Source of the DNA: an uncultured Gammaproteobacteria bacterium
GTDB lineage: Bacteria; Patescibacteriota; Patescibacteriia; UBA10025; JAHIVO01
Length of the DNA stretch: 64,000 nt
Assembly: GCA_964415025.1 (NCBI GenBank)
Contig: CAYPXF010000001.1
Location: 78,629 to 142,628 of the forward strand
Direction of reading: 5' to 3'
The translations under genes were made by a program, and so were the position numbers. The notes beneath the pieces are model-generated. The model saw only the letters and a program-made list of their open reading frames with translations, had not been told where the DNA came from and searched no databases. Each line of letters opens with the position of its first letter. The stretch's first letter is position 1. Shown here piece after piece: positions 1 through 10,103 of this stretch.

Positions 1-33
1 TTTTTTTAATACTTTGTCAGGAAGGAGGAGGTC

Positions 34-396
34 ATGCACACACGGAGTGGCATACCCCGGGACGCGCATCCAACATTTGTGGACGCATTTGATCAATGGT
101 CAAAAAAACATTCGGCAGTGCAGGACGCGGCCGAACTACGCGGCGCCGCCAAAGAACTCGGTTTCGACGATCTGATGCAGTTGGCGGCCGGACAACGCCA
201 GATGCCGCGGCTACATCCTGAAATCAGGGCCATAGCCCTGATCGAGCTGGCAAGTCGCGCGCTCACTGGTACGCAGATTACGGCAGTACGGGAAGCCTGG
301 GCTGGTATACAATTCTACGCCCTGGATTCACTAAAGCACTTTGCCACTATTAAGGAGCGTCAACTGCTCAAACAATTGCTCGGCCAATCACTATAG
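34..396 (+). CDS. hypothetical protein (120 aa)
   Basis: ORF with strong SD (GGAGGAGG) and a downstream terminator; no recognised motif. Confidence 0.7.
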   Translation: MHTRSGIPRDAHPTFVDAFDQWSKKHSAVQDAAELRGAAKELGFDDLMQLAAGQRQMPRLHPEIRAIALIELASRALTGTQITAVREAWAGIQFYALDSLKHFATIKERQLLKQLLGQSL

Positions 397-409
397 TACT
401 TTTTACGCC

Positions 410-444
410 AAAAGCCCTGTATAATACCAGGGCTTTTATTTTTT
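410..444 (+). terminator. intrinsic terminator
   Basis: AAAAGCCCTG-loop-CAGGGCTTTT followed by T-run. Confidence 0.75.
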
Positions 445-527
445 ATGCGCTAGAATACCTCCGCCGATCACAAAGAAATGTTATCAAAAAACTCACCACA
501 TATAATATGTGCTGCGGATACTGCGCG

Positions 528-3365
528 CTATTTCTTGCTCTCTACTCCGCCTTCCTTGGCCAACGGTATCTGCACGTGAAATGTCGAACCCTTGCCCTCG
601 CCGGCAGACTCGACCCAGATCTTACCGCCATGCGCCTCGGTTAGGCGCCGGGCCACGTACAGCCCCAGACCTGAACCGTCGGGATTAACCTGGGCAATGC
701 CGTAGCCGCGTACGAATTTGGTAAATAGTTTCTTCGCCTCTTCCGGCGGGATGCCGCGGCCGGTGTCGTGCACAGAAAAATGCATCATGCCACCGTCAAC
801 CTCTGTCTTCAGGGTGATACTGCCCTCGTCAGTGTATTTGATGGCATTGTCAGTCAGGTTCATGATCACGTCGCCGAGCTTGTCCGCATCAGCCATAACC
901 GGCGGCAATGGTTTATCCGGCTTGTCATACACGAGCTTCAGATCCTTATCTTCGGCCGCCTTACCTACTACGTGCGCTTCTTTTTCTACCAGCTCTTCGA
1001 ACTGGACCTGACGCTTGTTCAGCTCCAGCTTGCCGGATTCAATCTTGGACACGTTCAAGAACAAGTTGATAAGCCGGATCATACGCTGTGATTCCTCCAG
1101 CAAACCCTGCAGGACTTTATTCTGCTCATCCGGCACTTTGCCAAAGTCTCCCTGCAGGATCATGGACAAGTATCCCATAATACCGGTCATCGGCGTACGC
1201 AGTTGGTGCGAGGCAATGGACACAAACTCTGACTTAGCCTGATCCAGCTGCTGCAGATGTTTGTTCGCCTCGGCCAGGTCACGATTCGAATCCTCCAGCT
1301 GGCGATACAGCTCGATGTTCCGGTACACGATCCCAGTCTGGTTGCACAAGGCCTTCATCATGGACAGGTCGGTTTCCTTGAGCTCGCCTGGATCGCGCTC
1401 TAGCAAGAAATCAATAACACCGACAATGCCTTCTTCCGAATAAATCGGCACGGCGATAATCGTCTTAATACCCAGATGCTCCTGGATTTTCTTGGCTACC
1501 TCTGCCGGAATCGGCGGCGAGATAAAATCGGCAAAGTCTGTGCCGATCTGCACTTTGCCGAGCTTAATCGCTTTGATAGAGCGTGTTTTGTCATTACGGT
1601 AATCACCGTAATATGAATCAAAGGGCTTGGGCAGCAGTTTTAATACTTCCTGTGTTTTTTTGGTCTGGGTCACCGCGTCGGGAAACAACTTATGCTTGTT
1701 CTTGCCTAAAAATAACAAAATCCCTCCTAAATACCCGAGCTCGGTAGTAATGCTGTCAGTGATAGCCTGGGTTACCTTATGAAAGTCCAGGGTACGGGTG
1801 ATGAGGTTGGTGACCTTTTGCAGGGCCGAGAGGAATCTGTTTTGCTCCTGCAGCTGGAGGTTGGTATTGCGCAGGCCTTCGGTGGCTACGGCGACTTCCT
1901 TCTTCAGTCGTTCAGTAAACTGCCTGGCTTCCTCATACAGCCGGGATTTTTCCAGTGCTGAAGCCAGCTGCGGCCCGATCAGAGTCAGCAGATCAATGTC
2001 TTCAGAGCCGAACGGGTCGCCGGACAGCTTAGGTCCCATGACCAGCACGGCATTTAAATTGTTTCCTACCATTACTGGTGCAACCACGGCCGCGTCCAGC
2101 GCATCCAAGGCTTTTTTTGATTGTTCCAGTTTTTTACGCTCTGCTTCGTCCTGGGTATCTTCAATTTTCCGTTCCAATGCTTCGAGTACGATAATTTCCT
2201 TGCGCTCGTTCAGGAAATGTACCAGCGGATTGTCATGCGACAGCCGGTCATCTAACTCCCCATTATTATCCTCTTCCTTGCCTTTTATTTTTTTACCGTT
2301 CGCGTCCAGCCGGCCCTTGCGTTTGTAGTACGCTCCCCCGGCCCGGCCGGATAAATACACGCTGACATTTTTGATTTTGAGCCTGTTCTCCAGTTTGCGC
2401 GACAGCGAGTACAGCAGGACGTCCATATCGATTTCCCTGTTAATGATCCGGCTTAGCTCCTGCAACAGCTTCTGATAATCAATCCGCGCTTTGAAAAATA
2501 ATTGGTCAGTGGCCTTGGCAATACCGCGTTTGAGGGGGTCGAGGATAAGAACGATGAAGATGGATACGGCGATTGATATTACTGTTTTGGTTGTTAGACT
2601 TACAGCGAGTATTTCTGGAAGGAGAAGTGTTAATCCAACGACTGTTACTGAAATAAGAAGGACCACGAGTGAATAGGTGATCGTTCTTAATATTATCAAG
2701 CGAATGTCTAACAACCTATGTTTAACAATTGCATAAGCAGTGAAAGCGATAAAGATAATAGTTGATGGTGGACCAATAATGCTTAATCTAGAAATTCCAA
2801 AAAGAGGCAATACACCACTTACAAATATAGCTAAAAAGGCTGTTATAGTTATCCCGGTTAAGATATATCTTAGCTGCTGTTTCAGAATCCCTGAAGCTCC
2901 TCTAAACTTCTTAAAAAGATTTCTTATTGTTATACCAAGATATAAGACAAAGTATAAATTAAATATAAAATAAACAGGCCCAGGAGTTATCTCGCCCCCC
3001 CAATCATGATGAACAGTGTCAGATATGTTTAATGAGGTAAATGCTAAAGGAAAAAGTATGATTGTGGGCAGAAAAATAAGAAATATTTTTTTTCTACTTA
3101 ATTTCTTTTTTTTACCACTAAAATAATATGAAAATAATACCATAAATGGCAGCATCAGAATTGGACCAATAATTGTCATTCTTGCCCAGAATAAATCAGT
3201 TATAACCATGTCCGCCATTAATACACTAAATATCCAAAAACAAACACTAAATGTCATCAAAGAAAAAATACGATTTACTGTTCTACGAGAATTTCTAACA
3301 AGAACTAATAACGCAATTGTTAAAGTTGCCAAAAAAACTGGTATGTATGTGAAGTAATTAATCAT
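528..3365 (-). CDS. sensor histidine kinase: HisKA_7TM-type membrane domain, two GAF-like domains, HisKA, HATPase_c
   Basis: Hydrophobic N-terminus ending AIVKHRLLDIR; H-box SIASHQLRTPM; NLTDNAIKYT, DTGRGI, GSGLGL and GKGSTF boxes. Confidence 0.95.
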   Translation of the reverse strand: MINYFTYIPVFLATLTIALLVLVRNSRRTVNRIFSLMTFSVCFWIFSVLMADMVITDLFWARMTIIGPILMLPFMVLFSYYFSGKKKKLSRKKIFLIFLPTIILFPLAFTSLNISDTVHHDWGGEITPGPVYFIFNLYFVLYLGITIRNLFKKFRGASGILKQQLRYILTGITITAFLAIFVSGVLPLFGISRLSIIGPPSTIIFIAFTAYAIVKHRLLDIRLIILRTITYSLVVLLISVTVVGLTLLLPEILAVSLTTKTVISIAVSIFIVLILDPLKRGIAKATDQLFFKARIDYQKLLQELSRIINREIDMDVLLYSLSRKLENRLKIKNVSVYLSGRAGGAYYKRKGRLDANGKKIKGKEEDNNGELDDRLSHDNPLVHFLNERKEIIVLEALERKIEDTQDEAERKKLEQSKKALDALDAAVVAPVMVGNNLNAVLVMGPKLSGDPFGSEDIDLLTLIGPQLASALEKSRLYEEARQFTERLKKEVAVATEGLRNTNLQLQEQNRFLSALQKVTNLITRTLDFHKVTQAITDSITTELGYLGGILLFLGKNKHKLFPDAVTQTKKTQEVLKLLPKPFDSYYGDYRNDKTRSIKAIKLGKVQIGTDFADFISPPIPAEVAKKIQEHLGIKTIIAVPIYSEEGIVGVIDFLLERDPGELKETDLSMMKALCNQTGIVYRNIELYRQLEDSNRDLAEANKHLQQLDQAKSEFVSIASHQLRTPMTGIMGYLSMILQGDFGKVPDEQNKVLQGLLEESQRMIRLINLFLNVSKIESGKLELNKRQVQFEELVEKEAHVVGKAAEDKDLKLVYDKPDKPLPPVMADADKLGDVIMNLTDNAIKYTDEGSITLKTEVDGGMMHFSVHDTGRGIPPEEAKKLFTKFVRGYGIAQVNPDGSGLGLYVARRLTEAHGGKIWVESAGEGKGSTFHVQIPLAKEGGVESKK

Positions 3366-4686
3366 TGGAGGTATAAGCTAAATAAACATCCGAATCGATC
3401 TTCGTGGCATCAAATTTAGCAAAGATTGATAATAAACGAGCAAAATATCTACCTTTTTTCTTAGTAAGACTTAGTCTAATAACGTTGGGTAGCAGTGGCG
3501 CTCTTTCAATATTTAAGTCTTTTCTGAACTTATATCCATTAATCTTTTCACTCCAATCTGCCAATATTCTTGCATTTCCTTTTGTTCCCTGGTTTTTTAG
3601 CAAATCCCTAGTTCCAGCAACAAATAGTATCAAATATGCAAATGCAGGCATTTTTTTTGAGGTTAGTATCAATTTAATATAGGCATCTGCGATTCTCCAT
3701 CCCTTAGAAACCCAATTTGCTTTATCAGAATTTTGTTTTCCAATTAACAAGTATAAACCTTTAATTTTATTATCCTCGTCAATTAATAAATACTTATCAT
3801 AACTTGGATTTGATAGATAACTAATAAATTCATCTCTAGTATACTCAAGCTTTTGAGGAGAACTCTTATTAATACCTTTTAGTCTATTATGATATAAATC
3901 ATAAATAATATTTTTGTAATCTTCCGGGATTATATTGGCTTTAGAAATAAAAAACCTATTTTTAAAAAAAATACTATTAAATTTATAAATTATTTGACTT
4001 TGATGATTTTTTTCTGAATCAATAAATTGGCCAAATATTTGAAGTAAGTACTCCGCTCTGGTTTTTTTATTTAATGTTTCTTGCCAATGTATATGCGCAA
4101 AAGTCTCCTCATCTAATAAATGCATCTTACCGTTATTATTACCATTTCTATTTAATATTTCATCAGCAAAATATAAATTAGATAATTTTAAAGATATTTC
4201 TGAGTAGTTCATAACTAAATAAACCTTCTGATTCATATACTTACTGACCTCCACATACAAAGATTCTAGTAATTTTATGTAATTAAGTATTTTATTTTTA
4301 AATAACTCATCTGTATATTTAGATAATATAAACCCACAATTATCCCCTATAAGGAAAAGGGGGGTCCTGTTTCCCATGATCACATTTTTGTTTTTTTTAT
4401 TTTTATTATCATAAAAGTATTCAAATGAATAATGTGATTCCGGATACAGAGCTAGATCGTCAGTCACGAACCAATAACCTAAGAAATTATTGTTTCGTAA
4501 TACACTAATTTTAAGTATTTTCTCATTTTCACAAATACTATCAAATAGTTCTCTAGATAAACTGGGCTTACTTTGCACGGAAGATTTATAGTTTTCTTTG
4601 TAACCACAATAAAAGCCCCACCACTTAAATCTATCTTCATAATCAAGTAATTTAGTTTTTATTTTAATTTCTACACCATTATTCAT
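3358..4686 (-). CDS. hypothetical protein, possibly two tandem GNAT-like domains
   Basis: Long AT-rich ORF overlapping both neighbours by 8 bp; start moved to MNNGVEIK; internal repeat SRELFDSICENEKILK / TRDEFISYLSNPSYDK. Confidence 0.75.
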   Translation of the reverse strand: MNNGVEIKIKTKLLDYEDRFKWWGFYCGYKENYKSSVQSKPSLSRELFDSICENEKILKISVLRNNNFLGYWFVTDDLALYPESHYSFEYFYDNKNKKNKNVIMGNRTPLFLIGDNCGFILSKYTDELFKNKILNYIKLLESLYVEVSKYMNQKVYLVMNYSEISLKLSNLYFADEILNRNGNNNGKMHLLDEETFAHIHWQETLNKKTRAEYLLQIFGQFIDSEKNHQSQIIYKFNSIFFKNRFFISKANIIPEDYKNIIYDLYHNRLKGINKSSPQKLEYTRDEFISYLSNPSYDKYLLIDEDNKIKGLYLLIGKQNSDKANWVSKGWRIADAYIKLILTSKKMPAFAYLILFVAGTRDLLKNQGTKGNARILADWSEKINGYKFRKDLNIERAPLLPNVIRLSLTKKKGRYFARLLSIFAKFDATKIDSDVYLAYTSND

Positions 4687-5326
4687 TTTTTCTCCAAACA
4701 CTTACCCAAATAAAATAAAGTAGTAAAAATGATTTATCTAAATACATCCTGTTTTTGGTCATCATTTCTTTTAACTCACTCCGAGTGTAATATTTTGCAT
4801 ATGGTTCATCAAAGTACTTTGATTTGAGTAATTTTGTCCACTTTTTTCTAAGAAAACCATCTTGGACTGGATCTAGTAAAATAAATATTCCTTTTTCATT
4901 CAAATATCCACGAAATTTATTTAGTACCTTTGATTGATTATCATAATGGTGAAATGAATTCGAACAAATAACGACATCAAATTTTTTATTTACGTGATAT
5001 TCATGAACATCAGTATTTATAAATTTTATTTTAATATTTTTTGTATTAATAAATTTTAACCTAGCAATATTTAGCATCTCATCCGAAACATCCACCCCCG
5101 TAAAATCTAAAAATGGATATTCTGAGGATAATTTCTTTAATAATGTACCAGTCCCACACCCAACATCAAGAACTGAATTGATTACGTTATTTTTATAGTG
5201 ACTACTAACTAAATTTACAACTTTGCCAGCACTGTATTTAAAATATAAATCCCAAAAACCTTTTTTTTCGTAGCTTCTTGCTAGTGAATTAAACTGCTTT
5301 TGAGATTGTTGAGCATTATTAACCAC
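4679..5326 (-). CDS. class I SAM-dependent methyltransferase
   Basis: VLDVGCGTG, GVDVS, FDVVICSNSFHH; start moved to the GTG at 5326 because the upstream ATG lies in the -10 box. Confidence 0.9.
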   Translation of the reverse strand: MVNNAQQSQKQFNSLARSYEKKGFWDLYFKYSAGKVVNLVSSHYKNNVINSVLDVGCGTGTLLKKLSSEYPFLDFTGVDVSDEMLNIARLKFINTKNIKIKFINTDVHEYHVNKKFDVVICSNSFHHYDNQSKVLNKFRGYLNEKGIFILLDPVQDGFLRKKWTKLLKSKYFDEPYAKYYTRSELKEMMTKNRMYLDKSFLLLYFIWVSVWRKNE

Positions 5327-5353
5327 CCAAATAAAAAAAATTCTTATGTTTAT

Positions 5354-5382
5354 ATCATACCACATTTTCCCGTTTTTTGCAA
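5354..5382 (-). promoter_or_regulatory. sigma70 promoter of the MTase-hypothetical-kinase operon
   Basis: TTGCAA-N17-TATGAT with extended TG on the minus strand. Confidence 0.65.
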
Positions 5383-5531
5383 CTTACCGAAAATAACAAA
5401 ACAGCCCTCATTGTACTGAAAATTTGGGCATTAGCAGTGTTATTGTGGGGAAGCATGGGGTGTGTTTTTATTTTTTCGTTGGTTTTATTTTAGCATAAAA
5501 GTACAAATTATTTAAATTAGCAGCTGAATTT

Positions 5532-6164
5532 TTATTCTGTATCAAATGCAAACGATTGTATTATGCCCTGATATATATTTGTGTATTCAGTTGTCTTTTC
5601 TTGATTGGCAATAATGCCGGATATAATATATCCAGTTCCATCACGAATAATATAGGTATTGATGTTGTACCCATATCCCTCATTGGTTACCTGATATGCT
5701 GGCAGGTCACTAACTGTCATCTCCTCTTCATCTACGATATAGTCCTGGAATCCTCCTTTTCGTGAAAAATCTGCCAAAGAATTACCGGGATAATTATCTA
5801 CGTAGACTTCCAATTTCATGCCCTGAATAAGATCCCCGTCAGTCTCTTGGGCCTGCGCTTCAGGATCAAATAACATCACCAGATCGGCTTTGGAAGTTTT
5901 CTTATCAAGCTGCCAATCTGAAGGAACAATAAAAGAATAATTATATATTGTGTTAGTAATATTGATTCCAGAGTCTACCTGCTGTGTCATAATCACTTCT
6001 TCAGCAGTACGCCTGCTATTTAGATTATTATTCTGATTTATAATATTAACCGGGGTATTATTATTTTGTATTGATGGTTGCTCCCCGTTTTGTCTATTTA
6101 AAAACAGTATTGCAGATACTACTACTAATATAAATATAATAGTTATAAATATTTTTTTACTCAT
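5532..6164 (-). CDS. membrane-anchored PsbP-like extracellular protein
   Basis: N-terminal TM, Asn-rich linker, NYSFIVPSDW and C-terminal IIQSFAF typical of PsbP-related CPR proteins. Confidence 0.7.
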   Translation of the reverse strand: MSKKIFITIIFILVVVSAILFLNRQNGEQPSIQNNNTPVNIINQNNNLNSRRTAEEVIMTQQVDSGINITNTIYNYSFIVPSDWQLDKKTSKADLVMLFDPEAQAQETDGDLIQGMKLEVYVDNYPGNSLADFSRKGGFQDYIVDEEEMTVSDLPAYQVTNEGYGYNINTYIIRDGTGYIISGIIANQEKTTEYTNIYQGIIQSFAFDTE

Positions 6165-6270
6165 ATAAATGATTACAATACGCTATAGAGAAATGGATGG
6201 AGAATACCAGACATGGTATCAATTATTTTTTATGGTGCATAAAATGATAGCAGTAAAATCAATTAATATC

Positions 6271-6525
6271 TTAATCTGCTAGCAGCACAAGTGCATGACC
6301 AGGCCAGAACAATATTTGAAAAATTGAACGTACAATGATTACAAATACTGCGCTAACCCTAGAAAAATCTCCCTCATTTTGTAATTCTTTTGTGGACGCA
6401 GCATGCTGATCAGGAAACAACAAAATAAAAACAACACCTACAACGGTATATATTGCTAAAACAATAAAAAAAATAATGATGCTTTGACGATGTTTCATAA
6501 AAGTAAATGTATGCTGACCCCTCAT
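6271..6525 (-). CDS. small two-TM membrane protein
   Basis: Two hydrophobic segments; start may be the internal MKHRQ. Confidence 0.55.
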   Translation of the reverse strand: MRGQHTFTFMKHRQSIIIFFIVLAIYTVVGVVFILLFPDQHAASTKELQNEGDFSRVSAVFVIIVRSIFQILFWPGHALVLLAD

Positions 6526-6549
6526 AAAAATGAAAGGTCAGCATCACAG

Positions 6550-7146
6550 TCAATACGTTTTTACCCGTAAATAGTACCTTATGTACCCAGCACCAAATGC
6601 AGAGTAAAGACATGATCCGACAACGCCGGTCACACGCTGATAACCTCCTTCCATCCAGGACCAGCTAGTGATATGGCCACCGTAGCACGCACGAATCGCC
6701 CAGTAGAGCGCCCAGTTGGGAGTAGTAAAGTAATATCCTTGCTGTGAACCGGCCCACCATTTATATTCGAGTCGGAGGTCATAGTCATGACCAGAATAAT
6801 AGTAGTAAGCGGCATACGCGATAATGGTTTGGCTAGTAGCGACTTTCGCTTGATGTTGATTCTGATGAGCAATAAATGCCGCTACCATCTCCTGTTCTTC
6901 TGCCGCGCTTATTTCGGGTACCACTCCAGAATCCCGCAAGGCGTAATAGTTCTGCAGCATCTCTTCAAGAGTTTCCGTGCCACTATATCTGACCGCGGCG
7001 GTCTGCTGACGTGCTTCTGACGGTATATTACCTTGCTCACCGACTGTTGATTGTATTGGAGATTCTTTTTCTGAACAACCAATAACAACCAACAATAGTA
7101 TGGTAGCAATCACTACCATGTGCTTAGAATGCTTCAAAAATATCAT
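6550..7146 (-). CDS. putative lipoprotein, aromatic-rich C-terminal domain
   Basis: Lipobox-like VIGC after a hydrophobic stretch; SD GAGG. Confidence 0.7.
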   Translation of the reverse strand: MIFLKHSKHMVVIATILLLVVIGCSEKESPIQSTVGEQGNIPSEARQQTAAVRYSGTETLEEMLQNYYALRDSGVVPEISAAEEQEMVAAFIAHQNQHQAKVATSQTIIAYAAYYYYSGHDYDLRLEYKWWAGSQQGYYFTTPNWALYWAIRACYGGHITSWSWMEGGYQRVTGVVGSCLYSAFGAGYIRYYLRVKTY

Positions 7147-7646
7147 TTCACTATCCTCACTTTCTTCGATTTCAGTGTTTGATTGTAAATAGCAGTTTTT
7201 CTTTCAGAAAGACCCACATGTGTTTTCTGAAAGCGCCCCCTTTTGGTGCCCCCTTAGTAAAGGTTAGGTGTCATAGGCATCGACCTCCTGTAGGCCTTAG
7301 GCAAATTCCGTTATGCAGAATTAGCCGACGGGCCTTACGTTTGAAAATGAACTGTTTTAGTTGGATGTTTTTTGATATTTAATGTTTTTCCACATGATTT
7401 GCCGACGGCTATTCTATGCGACGGCGCAAGATAAAAATACTGATTAAACTCTAATTAAATTAACTTTTTGATTTGTTATATTTTTTTTCTTTGTATACAG
7501 AGTCGTCTTTTTTTTCATGAGCAATCATCATTTCTACCTTTATTTTAGCATTTTTTAAACCATAAGAAAAGAAAGTATGTACTAATAAATACACACATTT
7601 GACATTATGTTGTAGTGAGGTGTAGGTAGTTTGCCGCAGCTCGGTG

Positions 7647-7708
7647 CCCGCTTCGCGGGAGATCCTTCACCCACACACCATATGATGGTGTGGGGTTCTG
7701 GATGACAA
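7647..7708 (+). repeat. palindromic interspersed repeat, copy 1
   Basis: Near-identical to 16121-16182. Confidence 0.8.
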
Positions 7709-7805
7709 ATAAGTTGTGGCCAATACTTTATGACAAATGTGTCGTGTTATGGAGGGACTCAACTAACGGTAGTCATTCAGGGTCCGTAATACACTTATCA
7801 TGCAT

Positions 7806-8336
7806 TTATTCCCTGGTGAAATCAATAATCGGGTATATACGAAAACATGAATTGAGCCATTCCTGCCCCCTCTTCTTCTCCAACCAAAAATTAAAACTAG
7901 AATAATCGTAATCTTGCATTTCGTTCACATAATCATGCTTGATGGGATTGTGATGGATGTAATTAAAGTGTTTCCAAAAGTCTGCTTCGTCCCTGATGCA
8001 GTGATCCCAGTAATTATGAAATAACTTAGTTCCTTGGGTGCGGTTCATTTTATTAATTCTATATGAGATTCCTCCGTGTATTTTTTGCATCAGTTGAGGC
8101 AACTTTTCCGCGTTTCTTACTTTGAGCAGTAAATGATAGTGATCTTTTAATATAACCCATGCGATTAAATCGTAGCTCGCTCTCCGGATTTCAGCCTTTA
8201 GGCTGTGGAGTAGTATCTTTTTCATTTCATCCGATTCAAACACGGCACGTTTTTTATGTGTACGAGAGGTTATAAAATAGTACATATTATCTAAAAACAG
8301 ATGTGGTGGGTGGTGAAACTTGTTCATATATGTCAC
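7806..8336 (-). mobile_element. REP-associated tyrosine transposase (RAYT, Y1 HUH family)
   Basis: YFITSRT, HUH motif DHYHLL, WDHCIRDE, NYIHHNPIKH, YDYSS. Confidence 0.9.
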
Positions 8337-8615
8337 GCTAAAGTCTGGAATCCTTGGAGCGGTGGTCGGGGACTACAACCTTTGGGCTACTTAACCGGGT
8401 GCTGTCTCACCCTAAAGGGTGAAATCCTGGAGACGACCTGGACTCCTCAACCTCCACACACTCGGTTTCGGAGGGCAAGCGAAAGCTTGGAACGGTTTAC
8501 GGTTTTGCAGGCTCTCGCCTGGACTCCGAACAGGTGCGGTTGTGTGAAAGTTTTGCTATATATCACGCTAAAGCGTGGAATCCTTGAGCGGCTACGGATT
8601 ACAGCCTTTAGGCTG
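8333..8615. repeat. REP-like palindrome cluster (CAnnnTAAAnnnTG-n-AATCC)
   Basis: Copies at 8333, 8407 and 8563 (+) and inverted copies at ~8368 and 8596. Confidence 0.8.
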
Positions 8616-8628
8616 GCAACTTTACTGC

Positions 8629-10053
8629 CTAAGTTCTCCCAATCCTCTCCACCGCCTGTTTATAGAGCAACGCATTCGCGATCGCTCCGGTCATCTGCGG
8701 CTGGAGGCGCTGGAGATAGAGTAGGTTGTCAGCCGTGTAGGCCTCCTTGTTTTCTTTCTTGCCGAAGAAAAACGCCCCAACTAACTCCCCTGGTTCGCCG
8801 ACCGGCACTACCAGCCAGACGCCCATGGCTTTCAGTTCCCGCTCGATACTCTCCAGCATTTGCTGTTCACCCTCGTCCTTCTCCTCCTTGAGGTAGGGAA
8901 TCTCTTCGGTAACGATAATACTTTCCTGCTCGCGCAGATAGCGAAATAGCGCCGTATCGGATCCCGCCTGCACCCGCCGCTCATCAGGATAATAATTTTC
9001 CAGGATATTCTTCTGTCGATTTAGCCAGATGAATTGGATATCAGAGGCACCGAGAAACTCGCTAAATTCAGCTCGTATCCGCTTAATCAGCTGATCAAAC
9101 TGCAGAGAGGACGACATAATACTGCGCAGTTTGCTTGATTCAGCCTTTGTATCCTTTTGCTGTGAATAAAATACACGGTCGATCGCTTTTACTAATAATC
9201 GCCGCAGCGGTTCGATTGTCAGGGCAATGATTAAAACAATTAGTATGGTAGTCGCTTGCTCGGACCAACTGTAATTGATTTCTAATAGCCTTTTCGAGAA
9301 AAGTAATAAGTAAATGTATATAGCTGATAGCAGTATTATCGACAAAGAATATACAATTCCTTTTCTTATCACTAATCTAATATCAAGCAACCTATAACGT
9401 AAAATAGAATATGCAAAAGCTAGTGAAATAAATATTGTTCCTAATGAACCCCAGTAACTTTTAATATTTTCGATAAAATAGGGCAAAATTAAATCAGCTA
9501 GGGATCCAATTAATGATGCTAAAGCAAAACCAAATATAACATATTTTAATTTTACTTTTTCTAGTGGTTTACAATTTTTGTATTTTTTATATATAACAAA
9601 AAAAGTGATAATTAAATAAATAATTATATAGAGTGAAAATACATAGTGATAATCACCATACACCGGGGTGCCGAGGCCATCTTCATTAATAAATTGATCC
9701 TTAAAAAATGCATTACCCAAAGACGTCCACCCGATAATGATTGGGGGTATTGTTAATAAAATTATATGAATGAGTTTTACTCTACTTTTGTAAGGAAAAA
9801 ATATTGAAAATAATAGAAATGAGGGGACGATTAATCCTCCCATTAAAAATGAAACTCTCCCAAAAACAGCGGTTACTTCAGCGCTTCCAGTAAAATAGGC
9901 AAAATAATTACCTGCTAGCCAACCATTTAGAATAATAATCAGTATAAAGTAGGTCCACTTAATTCCGCTTCTCTTGCTTCTCACGAGTACCAAAAACGCA
10001 ACTGCAAAGTTTATTAGAATTACTACTAGATATATAATTTTTATTAAAGACAT
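8629..10053 (-). CDS. HisKA_7TM-type membrane sensor with a GAF-like domain, no kinase core
   Basis: Paralogous to the N-half of 528..3365 (ILRYRLLDIR; YTADNLLYLQRLQPQMTGAIANALLY). Confidence 0.85.
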   Translation of the reverse strand: MSLIKIIYLVVILINFAVAFLVLVRSKRSGIKWTYFILIIILNGWLAGNYFAYFTGSAEVTAVFGRVSFLMGGLIVPSFLLFSIFFPYKSRVKLIHIILLTIPPIIIGWTSLGNAFFKDQFINEDGLGTPVYGDYHYVFSLYIIIYLIITFFVIYKKYKNCKPLEKVKLKYVIFGFALASLIGSLADLILPYFIENIKSYWGSLGTIFISLAFAYSILRYRLLDIRLVIRKGIVYSLSIILLSAIYIYLLLFSKRLLEINYSWSEQATTILIVLIIALTIEPLRRLLVKAIDRVFYSQQKDTKAESSKLRSIMSSSLQFDQLIKRIRAEFSEFLGASDIQFIWLNRQKNILENYYPDERRVQAGSDTALFRYLREQESIIVTEEIPYLKEEKDEGEQQMLESIERELKAMGVWLVVPVGEPGELVGAFFFGKKENKEAYTADNLLYLQRLQPQMTGAIANALLYKQAVERIGRT

Positions 10054-10103
10054 ATAGTTTCCCTCGAATTACAATTTATTTCTAAATCACTCTTTTTTGG
10101 TTG

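Noticed and set aside
8333-8615. CRISPR array
   Set aside because: Repeats are degenerate, occur in both orientations, are irregularly spaced and sit next to a RAYT; no cas genes
8301-8891. 196-aa + strand ORF
   Set aside because: Translation of the REP cluster plus antisense of the receptor gene
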